A DNA stretch of 64,000 nt from positions 704,001-768,000 of the forward strand of contig OY760937.1 in the NCBI GenBank assembly GCA_963664225.1, given 5' to 3'. The notes beneath the pieces are model-generated. The model saw only the letters and a list, made by a program, of their open reading frames with translations. It ran no database searches and was not told the DNA's origin. This DNA is from Verrucomicrobiia bacterium. GTDB lineage: Bacteria; Verrucomicrobiota; Verrucomicrobiia; Limisphaerales; UBA1319. Position 1 is the stretch's first letter; each line of letters begins with the position of its first letter. Made by a program: the position numbers and the translations under genes. Shown here in pieces: positions 1 to 10,576 of this stretch.

Positions 1-1077
1 CTTGGCAGTAGAATGTAGCAACTGCAGGTAGTCAATCACAAAGAGCTTGATCCCATGTTGTTGAACCATGCGCCGGGCCCGCGCGCGGAGCTGCAAAATC
101 GATAATCCGGGCGTGTCATCGATGTATAGCGGTGCGGTGGACATTTTACCCGCAGCGCCGGTCAGCCGTGGAAAGTCGCGTTCCGCCAGAAATCCCTCCC
201 GAATGTCGCGCAAATTCACCCGCGCCCGGGAGCAGAGCATGCGCAAAATAAGAGACTCGGCGGTCATTTCCAGGCTGAACACACCGACTGGCAGTTGCTG
301 CTCCGCCACCACCGTTTCGGCAATATTCATCGCCAGACTGGTTTTGCCCATGCTGGGGCGCGCGGCCAGAACCACCATTTCCCCGCCATGGAGCCCGCTG
401 GTTAATTTGTCCAGATCAGGGAAACCCGTCGAAATGCCCGTGAGCATGCCCTGGCGCTGGTGGAATTCCTCGATCGTGGTGATCGCCTTGTGCACGAGTT
501 CCTTGACCGAACGCAGCGTGGTTTCCTCCCGTTCCTCGCTGATCTTCAGGACCTGGCGCTCCACATCGTCCATCAACTGATCCACCTCCCCTTCGAAATC
601 GTAGATTTGGGTGATCACCCCCGTGCAGGTCTGGATCATCTTTCGCAGCAGCGATTTCTCCTGCACAATATCGAGGTAATACTCGAGATTCGCGGCCGAA
701 GGCACCGCTTCAGGAAGTCCGGCCAGGTAACTCAATCCGCCGACCCCATCGAGCTGGTTTTTGTCTTTGAGCCGCTGTTGGAGCGTAATCAGGTCGATGG
801 GTTCCTTGGTATCCCACATTTCGACCATGTTCTCGAAGAGGTTCTGGTGCCGCAGGTCGTAGAAGGCCTTCGCGCCGGTTTTCAATTTTTCGAGGCAGAG
901 TCCAAGGCTTTGATTGGGCGAAATCAGGATACAACCCAGCACCCCTTGCTCGGCTTCCAAAGAATGCGGCGGCAGACGGTCCACACGCGAGGCATCCGGC
1001 GCTGCGGGCTTCTTGCGGCGGGGCGCGGGGCGTGCTGGCGCGTCTTGTGTGTGCTCTTCGGAAACGGAATCGATCAT
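1..1077 (-). CDS. dnaB: Replicative DNA helicase DnaB (C-terminus runs off window start)
   Basis: Manual translation from ATG at 1077: MIDSVSEE...RLPPHSLEAEQGVLGCIL...; Walker A LAARPSMGKTSLAMNIAE, FSLEM, and IKLFVIDYLQL near the window edge. Absent from the ORF track because it has no stop within the window. Confidence 0.96.
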   Translation of the reverse strand, partial: MIDSVSEEHTQDAPARPAPRRKKPAAPDASRVDRLPPHSLEAEQGVLGCILISPNQSLGLCLEKLKTGAKAFYDLRHQNLFENMVEMWDTKEPIDLITLQQRLKDKNQLDGVGGLSYLAGLPEAVPSAANLEYYLDIVQEKSLLRKMIQTCTGVITQIYDFEGEVDQLMDDVERQVLKISEEREETTLRSVKELVHKAITTIEEFHQRQGMLTGISTGFPDLDKLTSGLHGGEMVVLAARPSMGKTSLAMNIAETVVAEQQLPVGVFSLEMTAESLILRMLCSRARVNLRDIREGFLAERDFPRLTGAAGKMSTAPLYIDDTPGLSILQLRARARRMVQQHGIKLFVIDYLQLLHSTAK

Positions 1078-1140
1078 TGCGATAGCAAACAGGAAAAGGG
1101 CGCGTCTGGCAAATCAGACTTGTACCCCGCCATTCACAGG

Positions 1141-1149
1141 TTATTCACA
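1141..1149 (+). promoter_or_regulatory. Possible DnaA box upstream of dnaB
   Basis: TTATTCACA matches TTATNCACA, about 65 bp upstream of the dnaB start. Confidence 0.35.
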
Positions 1150-1328
1150 ATTTGACTCGAATCCACCGGGGCTGGGGACACGAGGTTACGTCCTGAGATG
1201 GATTAACGCCCCATGAGCCGTACAAACGATGTCAGAAGGGTGCCCCTGACCGTCCATCATAAAGAGATGCGGGGTCACCCCGCGTTCCAGGTTCAATCAA
1301 ACATTCCAACAAAGGAGATGCTTAAGAG

Positions 1329-3830
1329 TCATTGTTGTTGGCTCCGCAAATTCGATTCCTGCAGTGCTGCGCTGGAGCGCAGAGTGGCCTGGGTCTGACG
1401 CATGCCGTCGCTGGTCGCCGTCACACGAATGGCGCCGCCCTTGCCTTGGCTGGCGCGCACGATGAGCATGGCCTTGCCGTAGAAGAGTGTGACGTGGTCG
1501 GTGACGAATTCCGCAGGGTAATGATGATCGCCATTGCCCACACCGGCAATCTTCGCCGGGCCTTCGAGTGAGAATTTCACGTCGTTCATGGCCAGGGGAC
1601 AGAGGTTGCCGTCCTTGTCCAAGGCCTCGACAAGCACATAGCTCAGGTCGTCACCGTCTGATTTGATCGATTTGCGGTCAGGACTGAGACGCAGCATTGC
1701 CGGTTCGCCCGCTGTCCGCATGACTGCAGCGCCGAGCTTGCGACCGTTCTGGTAGGCCACGGCTTTGAGTTCGCCGGGGGCGTAGGGGACATCCATCCAG
1801 CGCAGCGCGTAGCGATCACGCACGACTTCCGCGTTAGGGTTTTTGGTCCGCATGCCCAGGGATTTGCCATTGAGAAAGAGTTCAGCCGAGTCGCCACCCG
1901 TATAGACATAGACCGGCACGTTTTTGCCCACGCGGTCGGGCCAGTTCCAGTGCGGCAGGATATGGATGGACTTCTTTTCCGGCGCCCAGTGGCTCTGGTA
2001 GAGGTAGTAGCGGTCCTTGGGAATGCCTACGAGGTCCACAATGCCGAAGGAACTGATGCGGGATTCCTCGTCTTTGGCGAGGTTGCGCGCGGTAAATTTG
2101 CCCCAGCCTTCCGCGATGAAGGGAACGGGTTCGCCGATGTAGTCGAAACCGGTCCATACGAACTCACCGGCCACGAAACGATCCTTTTCCATCAGCGCGA
2201 ACTCCACATCCGCCGGGTCTGAGTAAAAGGCCGCGTTGTGGTCATAGGAACTGATGCGGGCAGTCGTGGGGTAAGCGTCTTTTTTGGCGGGCATGGAGAA
2301 ATCGTCGTAATAGCCGCGCGTGCTGTAGGCGGAGGCGGATTCACTATAGACAAGGGGGAGGTTGGGCCAGCGTTCGCGTGAAATGGAGTAGCGGCGGGCG
2401 TAATTCCAGCCGGCGACATCCAGCGCGGCGGGGAGCTGGGACTTGGCGGACTCGGGCACGCACTGGGCCAGGCCGACGGGGCGCGTGGTGTCGAGCGCTT
2501 TGACGAAACCGACCATGGTCTTGAGCAGGCCAGGGGCATCGGGATACTTCAGGCCTTCCAGCTCCCAGATTTCATTGCCGACACTCCAGACCACGACACA
2601 GGGATGATTGCGGTCGCGGCGGACGAAATTGGAGTATTGCTTTTTACCGTGCTCGGGAATGGAGACGCCCTTGGGCAGGGTGGCCGTGCCATCCCATTTG
2701 TCGAAGGCTTCATCCCAGACGACGATTCCCATGCGATCGCACAGGTCGAGCAGTTCGGGCGCGGGCGGATTATGGCTGGTGCGGACGGCGTTCACACCCA
2801 TGTCCTGCATGATCTGCAATTCGCGTTCCATGGCGCGGGTGTTGAAGGCCATACCCAGAGGGCCAAGGTCCGAATGCAGGCAGACGCCCTGGAGTTGGAC
2901 GCGTCGGCCATTGAGATGAAAACCGTCGTTGGCGGTGAACTCAAAAGTGCGGATGCCGAATGGCGTTTCCATCGAGTCCACGAGCTTCCCCGCCGCAAAT
3001 ATGCGCGTGACAGTGGTGTAAAGCTGCGGCGTTTTTGTGTTCCAAAGCCGGGGCTTGCCAATGGTGAATGCGACCTGATCCGATTGGGATCCATTGGCTG
3101 GCACTGCGAAACTCGTCTTCAAGCTGGCGACCTCCTTGCCCTTCGGATCGATCAGTGTGGTTTCCACTTCGGGTTGAACGGCGGATGCGGTGTGGTTTTC
3201 CACGGTGGTTTCCACCCGTATCGTGGCGGAGTCGGCGCTGACCTGGGGCGTCGTCACGAATGTTCCCCAATGCGCGATATGGACCGGCTCGTTGACGACC
3301 AACTGGACCTTGCGATAGATTCCCGCGCCGGGATACCAGCGGGAATTGTGCTGGCGCGTGTCCACATGAACGGCGACGAGGTTTGTCTGACCGGGCTTCA
3401 CGAAATCCGTGGCATCCACACGAAACGACACGTAGCCGTAGTCCCAGCCGCCGACCTTCTTGCCATTGATGTAAACCGTTGGCATGGCCATTACGCCATC
3501 AAAATCCAGATACACACGTTTGCCGGAATCGGATGCGGGCAGGGTGAACGATTTGCGATACCAGCCCTCGCCGCGCCAAGGGAGCTTGCCGGTGTGTGCG
3601 TCGCCCTGCGGTTGGTAAGGGCCGACGATGGCCCAGTCATGGGGCAGGCGCACTGGTTGCCAGTCCGTGTCGTTAAAACTTACCGCCTCTGCGCCGACCT
3701 GGGCGCCTTTAATGAATTTCCAGTCACGATTGAAATTCTCAACCCGGCGCGGGGCCGCATCCGCTGCGCATGCAAAGGTGATGGTGATGGCAAACAGGAA
3801 GGCCACCAAACTTGAAACTCGGTTGTTCAT
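1329..3830 (-). CDS. Secreted GH2 beta-galactosidase-like glycoside hydrolase
   Basis: Signal peptide; LPHDW, FDGVM, RWYPGAGIYR, FGIRT, NAVRTSHNPP, RDRNHPCVVVWSVGNE (acid/base Glu), YSES nucleophile region, FVWTGFDYIGEP. Confidence 0.92.
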   Translation of the reverse strand: MNNRVSSLVAFLFAITITFACAADAAPRRVENFNRDWKFIKGAQVGAEAVSFNDTDWQPVRLPHDWAIVGPYQPQGDAHTGKLPWRGEGWYRKSFTLPASDSGKRVYLDFDGVMAMPTVYINGKKVGGWDYGYVSFRVDATDFVKPGQTNLVAVHVDTRQHNSRWYPGAGIYRKVQLVVNEPVHIAHWGTFVTTPQVSADSATIRVETTVENHTASAVQPEVETTLIDPKGKEVASLKTSFAVPANGSQSDQVAFTIGKPRLWNTKTPQLYTTVTRIFAAGKLVDSMETPFGIRTFEFTANDGFHLNGRRVQLQGVCLHSDLGPLGMAFNTRAMERELQIMQDMGVNAVRTSHNPPAPELLDLCDRMGIVVWDEAFDKWDGTATLPKGVSIPEHGKKQYSNFVRRDRNHPCVVVWSVGNEIWELEGLKYPDAPGLLKTMVGFVKALDTTRPVGLAQCVPESAKSQLPAALDVAGWNYARRYSISRERWPNLPLVYSESASAYSTRGYYDDFSMPAKKDAYPTTARISSYDHNAAFYSDPADVEFALMEKDRFVAGEFVWTGFDYIGEPVPFIAEGWGKFTARNLAKDEESRISSFGIVDLVGIPKDRYYLYQSHWAPEKKSIHILPHWNWPDRVGKNVPVYVYTGGDSAELFLNGKSLGMRTKNPNAEVVRDRYALRWMDVPYAPGELKAVAYQNGRKLGAAVMRTAGEPAMLRLSPDRKSIKSDGDDLSYVLVEALDKDGNLCPLAMNDVKFSLEGPAKIAGVGNGDHHYPAEFVTDHVTLFYGKAMLIVRASQGKGGAIRVTATSDGMRQTQATLRSSAALQESNLRSQQQ

Positions 3831-4038
3831 AGTATTAGGGATGCCAAATATTAGCGTTCAGACCGTGAAAGTCGAACGAATTTGAAACGGGAAGGAAGCG
3901 CAGAAGGGAAAAAGCCACAGAGGAAAAGGAGACGCGGAGAATGAACCGCTGCGCGTGCGAAAAGGGAACTCGATCGATTAAACAGGAAAACGCAGATTAA
4001 AATTTGAAGAAATCGGGATGTGGATTTACAGAAGGGAT

Positions 4039-5169
4039 ATGATTATTGGCGTCCCCAAGGAAATAAAAGATCAGGAATATCGGGTGGGTTTGCTGCCCTC
4101 CGCCGCCTACCAACTTCTCAAGCGCGGACACTCTGTCGTCGTCGAGCGGAACGCGGGGGCCGGATCGGGATACCCGGATGGCGATTATGAGAGGGCTGGA
4201 GCGCGACTTGTCGATTTTCACACCGATGTGTTTGCGCAGGCGGATTTGATTGTGAAGGTCAAGGAACCGCAACCGTCCGAAATTCCATTATTGCGACGCG
4301 GCCAGCTTCTCTTTACCTACCTGCATCTTGCGGCGGACAAGACGCTCACCAAGGCGCTCCTGCAAACCGGTGTGACCGCCATTGCTTATGAAACCATCGA
4401 GGTCAATCACCGGCTGCCCCTATTGGAACCGATGAGCGAAATCGCCGGGCGCATGTCGGTGCTGGTTGGGGGCTATTTTCTTGCCAAACACCAGGGCGGC
4501 ACAGGCGTGCTGCTCGGAGGCGTTCCCGGAGTTCTTCCCGGCAAAGTGGTGGTGCTGGGCGGTGGGTCATCCGGCATTAACGCGGCGCGCATGGCCACGG
4601 GCATTGGCGCGGATGTGACCATACTCGAGGTGGACGTCGAGCGGATGCGATTTCTGGACATCACGCTGCACGCGGCCCACACGCTTTATTCCAACGAAGT
4701 GCATCTCATGGAATTGCTGCCGTCGGTGGATTTACTCATTGGCGCGGTGCTTTTGCCGGGCGCACGGGCGCCGCGGCTGATCCGGCGCGAAATGCTGCGA
4801 CGGATGCGTCCCGGCAGTGTGTTGGTGGACATAGCGATCGATCAGGGCGGCTGCGCGGAGACCTCGCGGCCCACCACGCATCACGATCCGGTGTATGTCG
4901 AGGAAGGGGTGACTCATTATTGCGTGGCCAACATGCCCGCCGCTTATGCACGCACGGCCACTCAGGCGTTGACGACCGCCACGTATCATTATGTTGAGAC
5001 TCTGGCCGACTACGGCCTGGCTCAGGCCTGCCAGCGCCAGCCTGCATTCGTTGGCGGCGTCAACGCTTACGATGGCCGGCTGACCTGCAAAGCGGTTGCC
5101 GAAGCGCATGGGTTGGAGTGGTCGCCGCTTGAATTGGCGCAACCGCTGCCAGACGCCGGACCCCTCTGA
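4039..5169 (+). CDS. ald: Alanine dehydrogenase
   Basis: [67 protein letters not shown]. Confidence 0.96.
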   Translation: MIIGVPKEIKDQEYRVGLLPSAAYQLLKRGHSVVVERNAGAGSGYPDGDYERAGARLVDFHTDVFAQADLIVKVKEPQPSEIPLLRRGQLLFTYLHLAADKTLTKALLQTGVTAIAYETIEVNHRLPLLEPMSEIAGRMSVLVGGYFLAKHQGGTGVLLGGVPGVLPGKVVVLGGGSSGINAARMATGIGADVTILEVDVERMRFLDITLHAAHTLYSNEVHLMELLPSVDLLIGAVLLPGARAPRLIRREMLRRMRPGSVLVDIAIDQGGCAETSRPTTHHDPVYVEEGVTHYCVANMPAAYARTATQALTTATYHYVETLADYGLAQACQRQPAFVGGVNAYDGRLTCKAVAEAHGLEWSPLELAQPLPDAGPL

Positions 5170-5251
5170 TGAGTCATCAGATAAGACGTTTTCGGGAAAG
5201 TGGAAGAACGACTAAAAGTCTGATGAGTCTGGCCGACTCTGTTTTGGCGGG

Positions 5252-6034
5252 TCACTCGTCCAACCGCCCGAGCAAGCGCAGCAGACCGTCAAGAATTGTC
5301 AGTGGGTGCGGCGGGCAGCCGGGAATGAATAAATCGACGGGAACGACGGCGCTGGCGCCATTATTGACTTGGGGGAGGCCGATGAACGGCCCGCCTGCGA
5401 TGGCGCATGCGCCCACGGCGATGACAATCCTGGGTTCCGGAACGGCATCGTAGGTTTTTTTGAGTGCCAGTTCCATGTTTTTGGTCACCGGACCGGTGAT
5501 CAGCAGTCCGTCGGCATGTCGTGGTGATGCAACAAATTGAATGCCGAACCGGCTCAAGTCCCAGCCTATGGTTCCAAGCACGTTGACGTCCGCCTCGCAA
5601 GCATTGCAACCGCCCGCGCTGACCTGACGCAGGCGCAGCGAACGGCCGAACATCTTCCTCAATTTTTCGTCCAGGGCGGTGGCGAGGCGCAGTTCTTCGG
5701 CGCCGGGCTGGCCGAGCAGGAGGTCTTCGCGATGGCGCACGGCCATGCGGTGGTCTTTTGTGTGCGTGATGGCCCTGGTCGGGCAGGTTTCCACGCATGC
5801 AGCGCAGAAGATGCATTTGCCCAGGTCGAGGGCCACCGGGCTGTTTTCCAGACGAGCGATGGCGCCTGTGGGACACACGGGCACGCATTTGGCGCAGTCT
5901 TTTGCGCATTTGGTGGCGTCCACGCGCAGCGCGCCGCCGTGACGGTCCGGCAATGCGGGAGCGGGGCCGTCGGGATACGACATGGTCTGGCAACCGCGAT
6001 GCAGACGATGGAGGATGGCATCAATGGCGAACAT
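5252..6034 (-). CDS. Ehr/group-4 hydrogenase-like small subunit (NuoB/HyfI-like) with N-terminal 2x[4Fe-4S] ferredoxin domain
   Basis: CAKDCAKCVPVCP and CIFCAACVETCP; GGCNACE, SPRHADGLLITGPVT, GACA, IPGCPP. Confidence 0.92.
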   Translation of the reverse strand: MFAIDAILHRLHRGCQTMSYPDGPAPALPDRHGGALRVDATKCAKDCAKCVPVCPTGAIARLENSPVALDLGKCIFCAACVETCPTRAITHTKDHRMAVRHREDLLLGQPGAEELRLATALDEKLRKMFGRSLRLRQVSAGGCNACEADVNVLGTIGWDLSRFGIQFVASPRHADGLLITGPVTKNMELALKKTYDAVPEPRIVIAVGACAIAGGPFIGLPQVNNGASAVVPVDLFIPGCPPHPLTILDGLLRLLGRLDE

Positions 6035-6036
6035 GG

Positions 6037-7518
6037 TCAGAGGTCAAAGCCGCAGTAAGAGAGGCTGAAGCTCTTGTTGCAGATTGGAAAATCGGAGATG
6101 GCCTGCCCGCGTAATGCGAGCGCCAGCCCAATCCAGTTATGAAAAGAAGGGTCGGTGACTTTGTATCGGCGGAAACGCCCCGCAGCGTCGGTGAGCGCGA
6201 CGTGACAGATTTCGCCGCGCCAACCTTCGACAAGCGCGACGGCCAGCGAGTCTGCGGCGGGTGAAGGCAGGTCGGTGTGAATCTCACCTTCCGGCGGCGA
6301 GGCCAACTGTTCTTCCAGCCAGGCCCCAGAACGCTGAATCTCCAGACAGCGGACTTTTGCGCGGGCAAAGACATCGCCGCCCGGCCAGACAGCCACTGGA
6401 GATTGCGCGAAGCGGTGCCAGCCGGAGGGATGGTCGAAGCGGACATCACGCACCAGACCGGACGCCCGCGCGGCCACTCCCACCAAACCCATATTGTTGG
6501 CTTGTTCGGTTGAAACCACGCCCGTTTCCTCGAAGCGCGAGCGCACCGAACTGGCGTCCCAAAACCATGCAAGAGCCTCGTCCACATCTTTCAACGCGGA
6601 GCGCAGCTTTTCCAGCAATGTAATTGAGCGTGCGGATTCAAGGTCATGCCGACATCCACCAGGACGAACCAGGCCGCGCCCAAACCGGTTGCCACACACC
6701 AGGGCTGTGAGATTCAAAAAGTCACCGCGAATCTTCCCGCATGCGGAGGATGTTGGCAGGAATGCCACATCGCCAGCCAATGCGCCGAGGTCGCCGGTGT
6801 GATTGGCCAGTCGCTCCAGTTCCAGGGCGAGCGCGCGCAGCCATTGAGCGCGCAAAGGGGCTTCGGTGCCAGCGAGGGCTTCAAGCACCATCGCGTATGA
6901 AGTGGCGTGGCCGATGGTTGTGTCGCCCGCGATGGTTTCCATCTGGCTCATTGTCGCCAGATACGGCCCGCCAGCGAGCGCCTCCTCGATGCCGCGATGC
7001 TGGTAGCCCAGCGCGATTTCCAGATGCAGCACCTCCTCGCCGTTGCATTGAAAACGAAAATGCCCCGGCTCGATGATGCCTGCGTGAACTGGGCCAACAG
7101 CAACTTCGTGAATTTCGCTGCCGTCCACTCGAAAGAATTCGGCGTTGGCGGGGGCAATGCCGTTGTTCTGACGCACCGGTTTGAGCCATGGATGGCCTTC
7201 AGGTTTCAAGCCGTGCTGCTCCCAGACTTCGCGCTCAAAAAGATGGGCCTGCGGATGCAATGCAGTGAGCGAGGGATAGCCGCCGCCAAATGGATTGGAG
7301 CGCGCCACTGCAAGGGTATTGTCCGCGTCAAACGCGATGACAGCCACCAGCCGCGTGCCGCCCTGATCGGGCACGCCAAACCACGCGCAGAGCCGCGCAC
7401 CGTGGTTTAATTCCGCTGCCGTGGTCCGAACGAGGTCCGCGACGGGCCACTGAGGCACTTCCTCCCACGGAAGGCTGGTAGCGTTGGCAAGCAGTGCGAA
7501 TGAAGAAGTGGCGCTCAT
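6037..7518 (-). CDS. Ehr/Hyf-like large subunit (NuoC+NuoD-like fusion) lacking NiFe-binding cysteines
   Basis: LFEREVWEQHGL...GHPWLKP, VGPVHAGIIEPGHFRF, GYQHRGIE, ELERLANH, VEGWRGE, DPSFHNW; start 7518 overlaps the upstream stop (ATGA). Confidence 0.92.
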   Translation of the reverse strand: MSATSSFALLANATSLPWEEVPQWPVADLVRTTAAELNHGARLCAWFGVPDQGGTRLVAVIAFDADNTLAVARSNPFGGGYPSLTALHPQAHLFEREVWEQHGLKPEGHPWLKPVRQNNGIAPANAEFFRVDGSEIHEVAVGPVHAGIIEPGHFRFQCNGEEVLHLEIALGYQHRGIEEALAGGPYLATMSQMETIAGDTTIGHATSYAMVLEALAGTEAPLRAQWLRALALELERLANHTGDLGALAGDVAFLPTSSACGKIRGDFLNLTALVCGNRFGRGLVRPGGCRHDLESARSITLLEKLRSALKDVDEALAWFWDASSVRSRFEETGVVSTEQANNMGLVGVAARASGLVRDVRFDHPSGWHRFAQSPVAVWPGGDVFARAKVRCLEIQRSGAWLEEQLASPPEGEIHTDLPSPAADSLAVALVEGWRGEICHVALTDAAGRFRRYKVTDPSFHNWIGLALALRGQAISDFPICNKSFSLSYCGFDL

Positions 7519-8957
7519 TTTACGGGAAAGAACTGGGTGACAACCGCCGTCCAGGAATCTTGCAGCACGGTTGGCGTAAATAGTCCCAGCCACAGCGAGA
7601 AACCGAGCAGCGCCAGTGGCGGGATAATGAGGCCTGTCGTTTCCTTGAACTGTTGGCTGACCGTTCTTGACGCGGCGCGCGGACGGCCATCCACAATGGC
7701 GAAAAACAGACGTGTGAGGCCGAAGAATGCCAGCAACAGGCAACCAAGAAACATCGCCGCCGCCGCCGCATGTCCTGTCTCGAAGGCCGCGCGCACCACG
7801 CGCAATTCGCTAAAGAACGGACCGAAAGGCGGACAGGCGGTGACCGCAAACATGCCTGTTATAAAAATCGCCGCCGAGCGGGGTGTCAGTACGGCCATTC
7901 CTGCGACTTCGTCCATGGTGCGCCCGCCTGCCGCGCGCCGGATGTTGCCCACGCTCATGAAGAGGGCGCCTTTGGTGAGGCTGTTGGCCCACACATGAAA
8001 GAGCGCGGCCCACATGCCTGCGGCGCCCAGGGACGCGCCAATGCACAGGATTCCCATGTGTTCGACGCTTGAATAGGCCAGCATGCGTTTGAAGTCGCGC
8101 GTGGCCAGAAGCAAAAAGGCCGCGACCAGCATTGAGAAGAGGCCGATGGCCAGCAGGGTGCGGTCCGCAATGACCGATTCACCGGCGGCACTTATCACGG
8201 CGCGCACACGCAGGATGGCGGTGAAGGCCACAGTTGTGACGCCACCCGCGAGGACCGCGCCCACGATTCCCGGCGCTTCGCCGTAGGCATCTGGTTTCCA
8301 GGTGTGCATCGGCGCGAGGCCCATCTTCGTTCCGTAACCCACAAGCAATAGCACCCACGCCATCAGCAGCCAGGGCCGCGAGAGGCCTGTGCCCTGCGCG
8401 ATCAACGCGGTGAAAGTCAGGTCGCCTCCGCCGCCACCCTGCAGTGACGCGTAGCCGAGGCAGAACGAACCCAGGAGTGAGAGCGCGATGCCCGTGCCAC
8501 CGACGAGCAGGTATTTCCATGTGGCTTCGAACGCGCGCGGCGTGCCGTTGAAGTGCAGCAAGGGCACGGCAGCGAGGGTGACCGCCTCGGTCGCAATCCA
8601 GAGCAACCCCAAATGCCGGGCCTGATGTCCCGCGCTCAACAGTCCAAGGACCGACAGGAGCGCCACGACAAAGACGCGGTTTTGCCGTTCGCTACGCACT
8701 TTCAGGTAAGTCACACCATAGGCGGCGCAGACAAGGAACAGCAACGAAACCGCCGGTAATACCGCCCTCGCGAGGGGGTCAAACGCGAGCCACGCTCCAG
8801 GCGCGAACTCTGGCGGGGCCATGAGCAGCCAGAACGAGAGAAGGACATGGATGACGCCCACAACCGGCAGAAGCCATGGGCGCGTTCGATTGTTCGGCCA
8901 AAGGGCCGCGACGGCCGCTCCCAAAAGCGGCATGACGATCAGCAAGATGTTTTTCAT
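7515..8957 (-). CDS. hyfF: HyfF-like proton-translocating antiporter subunit (NuoL/M/N, MrpD family)
   Basis: Polytopic; EATWKY, GYGTKMGLAPMHTWKPDAYGEAP, FKRMLAYSSVEHMG. Confidence 0.88.
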   Translation of the reverse strand: MKNILLIVMPLLGAAVAALWPNNRTRPWLLPVVGVIHVLLSFWLLMAPPEFAPGAWLAFDPLARAVLPAVSLLFLVCAAYGVTYLKVRSERQNRVFVVALLSVLGLLSAGHQARHLGLLWIATEAVTLAAVPLLHFNGTPRAFEATWKYLLVGGTGIALSLLGSFCLGYASLQGGGGGDLTFTALIAQGTGLSRPWLLMAWVLLLVGYGTKMGLAPMHTWKPDAYGEAPGIVGAVLAGGVTTVAFTAILRVRAVISAAGESVIADRTLLAIGLFSMLVAAFLLLATRDFKRMLAYSSVEHMGILCIGASLGAAGMWAALFHVWANSLTKGALFMSVGNIRRAAGGRTMDEVAGMAVLTPRSAAIFITGMFAVTACPPFGPFFSELRVVRAAFETGHAAAAAMFLGCLLLAFFGLTRLFFAIVDGRPRAASRTVSQQFKETTGLIIPPLALLGFSLWLGLFTPTVLQDSWTAVVTQFFPVK

Positions 8958-9595
8958 TCTCGAAGCGCGGTCAGTTTGCGGGTGTCGAGCGAATCAAACG
9001 CGCGCTGGATGCGGTCCACGATAATGCCAATGATGAACACCCCCACTGTCACGTCGAGCAGGATGCCCGCCTCAACCAGGAGTGGTGTCGAGTGAATGAG
9101 CAGCAGGCCGAACAGGTAGGTGCCGTTCTCCAGAATCAGATATCCGCACACCTGTGAAATGGCTTTGGCCCGACCGATGAGCAACACGAAACCCGTGAGA
9201 ACCGTGGCGATCGCTCCCGGCACCAGGAGCGACCCCCTGTGCTCCGGTATCAATGGTAACATTCCCGCCAGGGCCACGGCTGCAATTGTTCCACCCGCGC
9301 CCAGCAGCAGCGACGGCACGAATCCTATAAAAGGCTGCAACTCGCGGTCGATGTGCACCGAACGCATTGCGCGAGTCAATAAAGTGGGAATGACCAGTCC
9401 CTTGCCGGCCATGGTCGCCAACGCGACCATTACCACGCGCCAATCGGGGTGTTCCTCGATAAGCAGCGGCATGACACCCAGAGTTACTCCTTGCATCGCC
9501 ATGGCGGCAATGAGTGTCGGCAACCGGCTGCTCCCCAGCGCCAACAGGTTCAAGGCCATCGCCAGGCCGATCAGCAGATTCAAATACTCGCTCAC
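8954..9595 (-). CDS. hyfE: HyfE-like membrane subunit
   Basis: GTG start overlapping the upstream stop (GTGA); hydrophobic; KAISQVCGYLILENG, PLLVEAGILLD. Confidence 0.85.
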   Translation of the reverse strand: MSEYLNLLIGLAMALNLLALGSSRLPTLIAAMAMQGVTLGVMPLLIEEHPDWRVVMVALATMAGKGLVIPTLLTRAMRSVHIDRELQPFIGFVPSLLLGAGGTIAAVALAGMLPLIPEHRGSLLVPGAIATVLTGFVLLIGRAKAISQVCGYLILENGTYLFGLLLIHSTPLLVEAGILLDVTVGVFIIGIIVDRIQRAFDSLDTRKLTALRE

Positions 9596-10518
9596 GCCGC
9601 ACCGCCTTTCCACGCCATGAGCAGCGCGAACAGGCATAAAAGAAAACCCGTCGTCAGCAGCAACGGCACGCGGCGGAACGCCAGCCGTGCAAGCAACGAT
9701 TCCACCAGCCCGACGGAAAGTATTACGACGAGAACGCCTCCCATCAGCACGCCGGCCGCCGCCAGCGGGTTCAATTTGCCGACCGGCAGCACGGCCTGGG
9801 TGAGAAGCAGCGAGAACAGCAGGAGTTTCATTGCCGCGCCATGCAAAATCACCGCAAGCAGGGGACCGCTGTGGTCGAGCACCATGGCTTCGTGAATCAT
9901 CGTCAGTTCCAGATGCGTGTTTGGATCGTCGAACGGAACTCGGCAATTTTCCGCCAGCAACACGGTGAAGAGACCCGCCGCCAGAAGCACCGCGCCGGCG
10001 TCCGACGAGGGGGCAAGCATGGTGACGAGCGACGTGCTCCCGGTCTGAACGCATAGCGCCAGCATCGCCGCGATGATGGCCGCCTCCGCAAGCACGGCGT
10101 AGCTGACTTCGCGCGCCGCGCCCATGCCTTCAAAGGCTGAACCGGTTTCCAACGCCGCCCACGCCGTGCAGAAGCGTGCGAGAGCCAGCAGATATATCAA
10201 CACCAGCATGTCCCCGCGAAAACTCAGCACGCCGCCCGCCGGGCCAAATGGTGCATTTGGTCCAATGGGGAGCAACATTGCAGCGCCCAACACAGCGACC
10301 CACGCAACGGCCGGGCCCAGCACGAATCCCGGCGAGGCCAGTGTGCTGAGGAGGACGTTCTTTTTCCAAAGCCGGGCCAGATCGTAATAGAGTTGCAGGA
10401 CCGGCGGCCCGCGCCGACCTGCCACCCAGGCCTTTACCTTGTTGATGATGCCCGGTAGCAGCGGCGCCAGCAGCAGCCATAACGCGAGGCGGGCAATCAG
10501 GTCGAGAATCGCAGTCAT
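9592..10518 (-). CDS. hyfC: HyfC/HycD (NuoH-like) membrane subunit
   Basis: GRRGPPVLQLYYDLARLWKK, GSAFEGMGAARE, AENCRVPFDDPNTHLELTMIHEAMVLDHSG. Confidence 0.9.
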   Translation of the reverse strand: MTAILDLIARLALWLLLAPLLPGIINKVKAWVAGRRGPPVLQLYYDLARLWKKNVLLSTLASPGFVLGPAVAWVAVLGAAMLLPIGPNAPFGPAGGVLSFRGDMLVLIYLLALARFCTAWAALETGSAFEGMGAAREVSYAVLAEAAIIAAMLALCVQTGSTSLVTMLAPSSDAGAVLLAAGLFTVLLAENCRVPFDDPNTHLELTMIHEAMVLDHSGPLLAVILHGAAMKLLLFSLLLTQAVLPVGKLNPLAAAGVLMGGVLVVILSVGLVESLLARLAFRRVPLLLTTGFLLCLFALLMAWKGGAA

Positions 10519-10576
10519 GGTCTTTCTCCAGTTAAAAAAAGAAATTCCATGCCTGGCAGGAGTAACGCTCGGGGAG

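Noticed and set aside
6037..7518. Functional [NiFe]-hydrogenase 4 / formate hydrogenlyase
   Set aside because: Both Ni-binding CxxC motifs are absent, and there are no maturation or formate dehydrogenase genes in the window.
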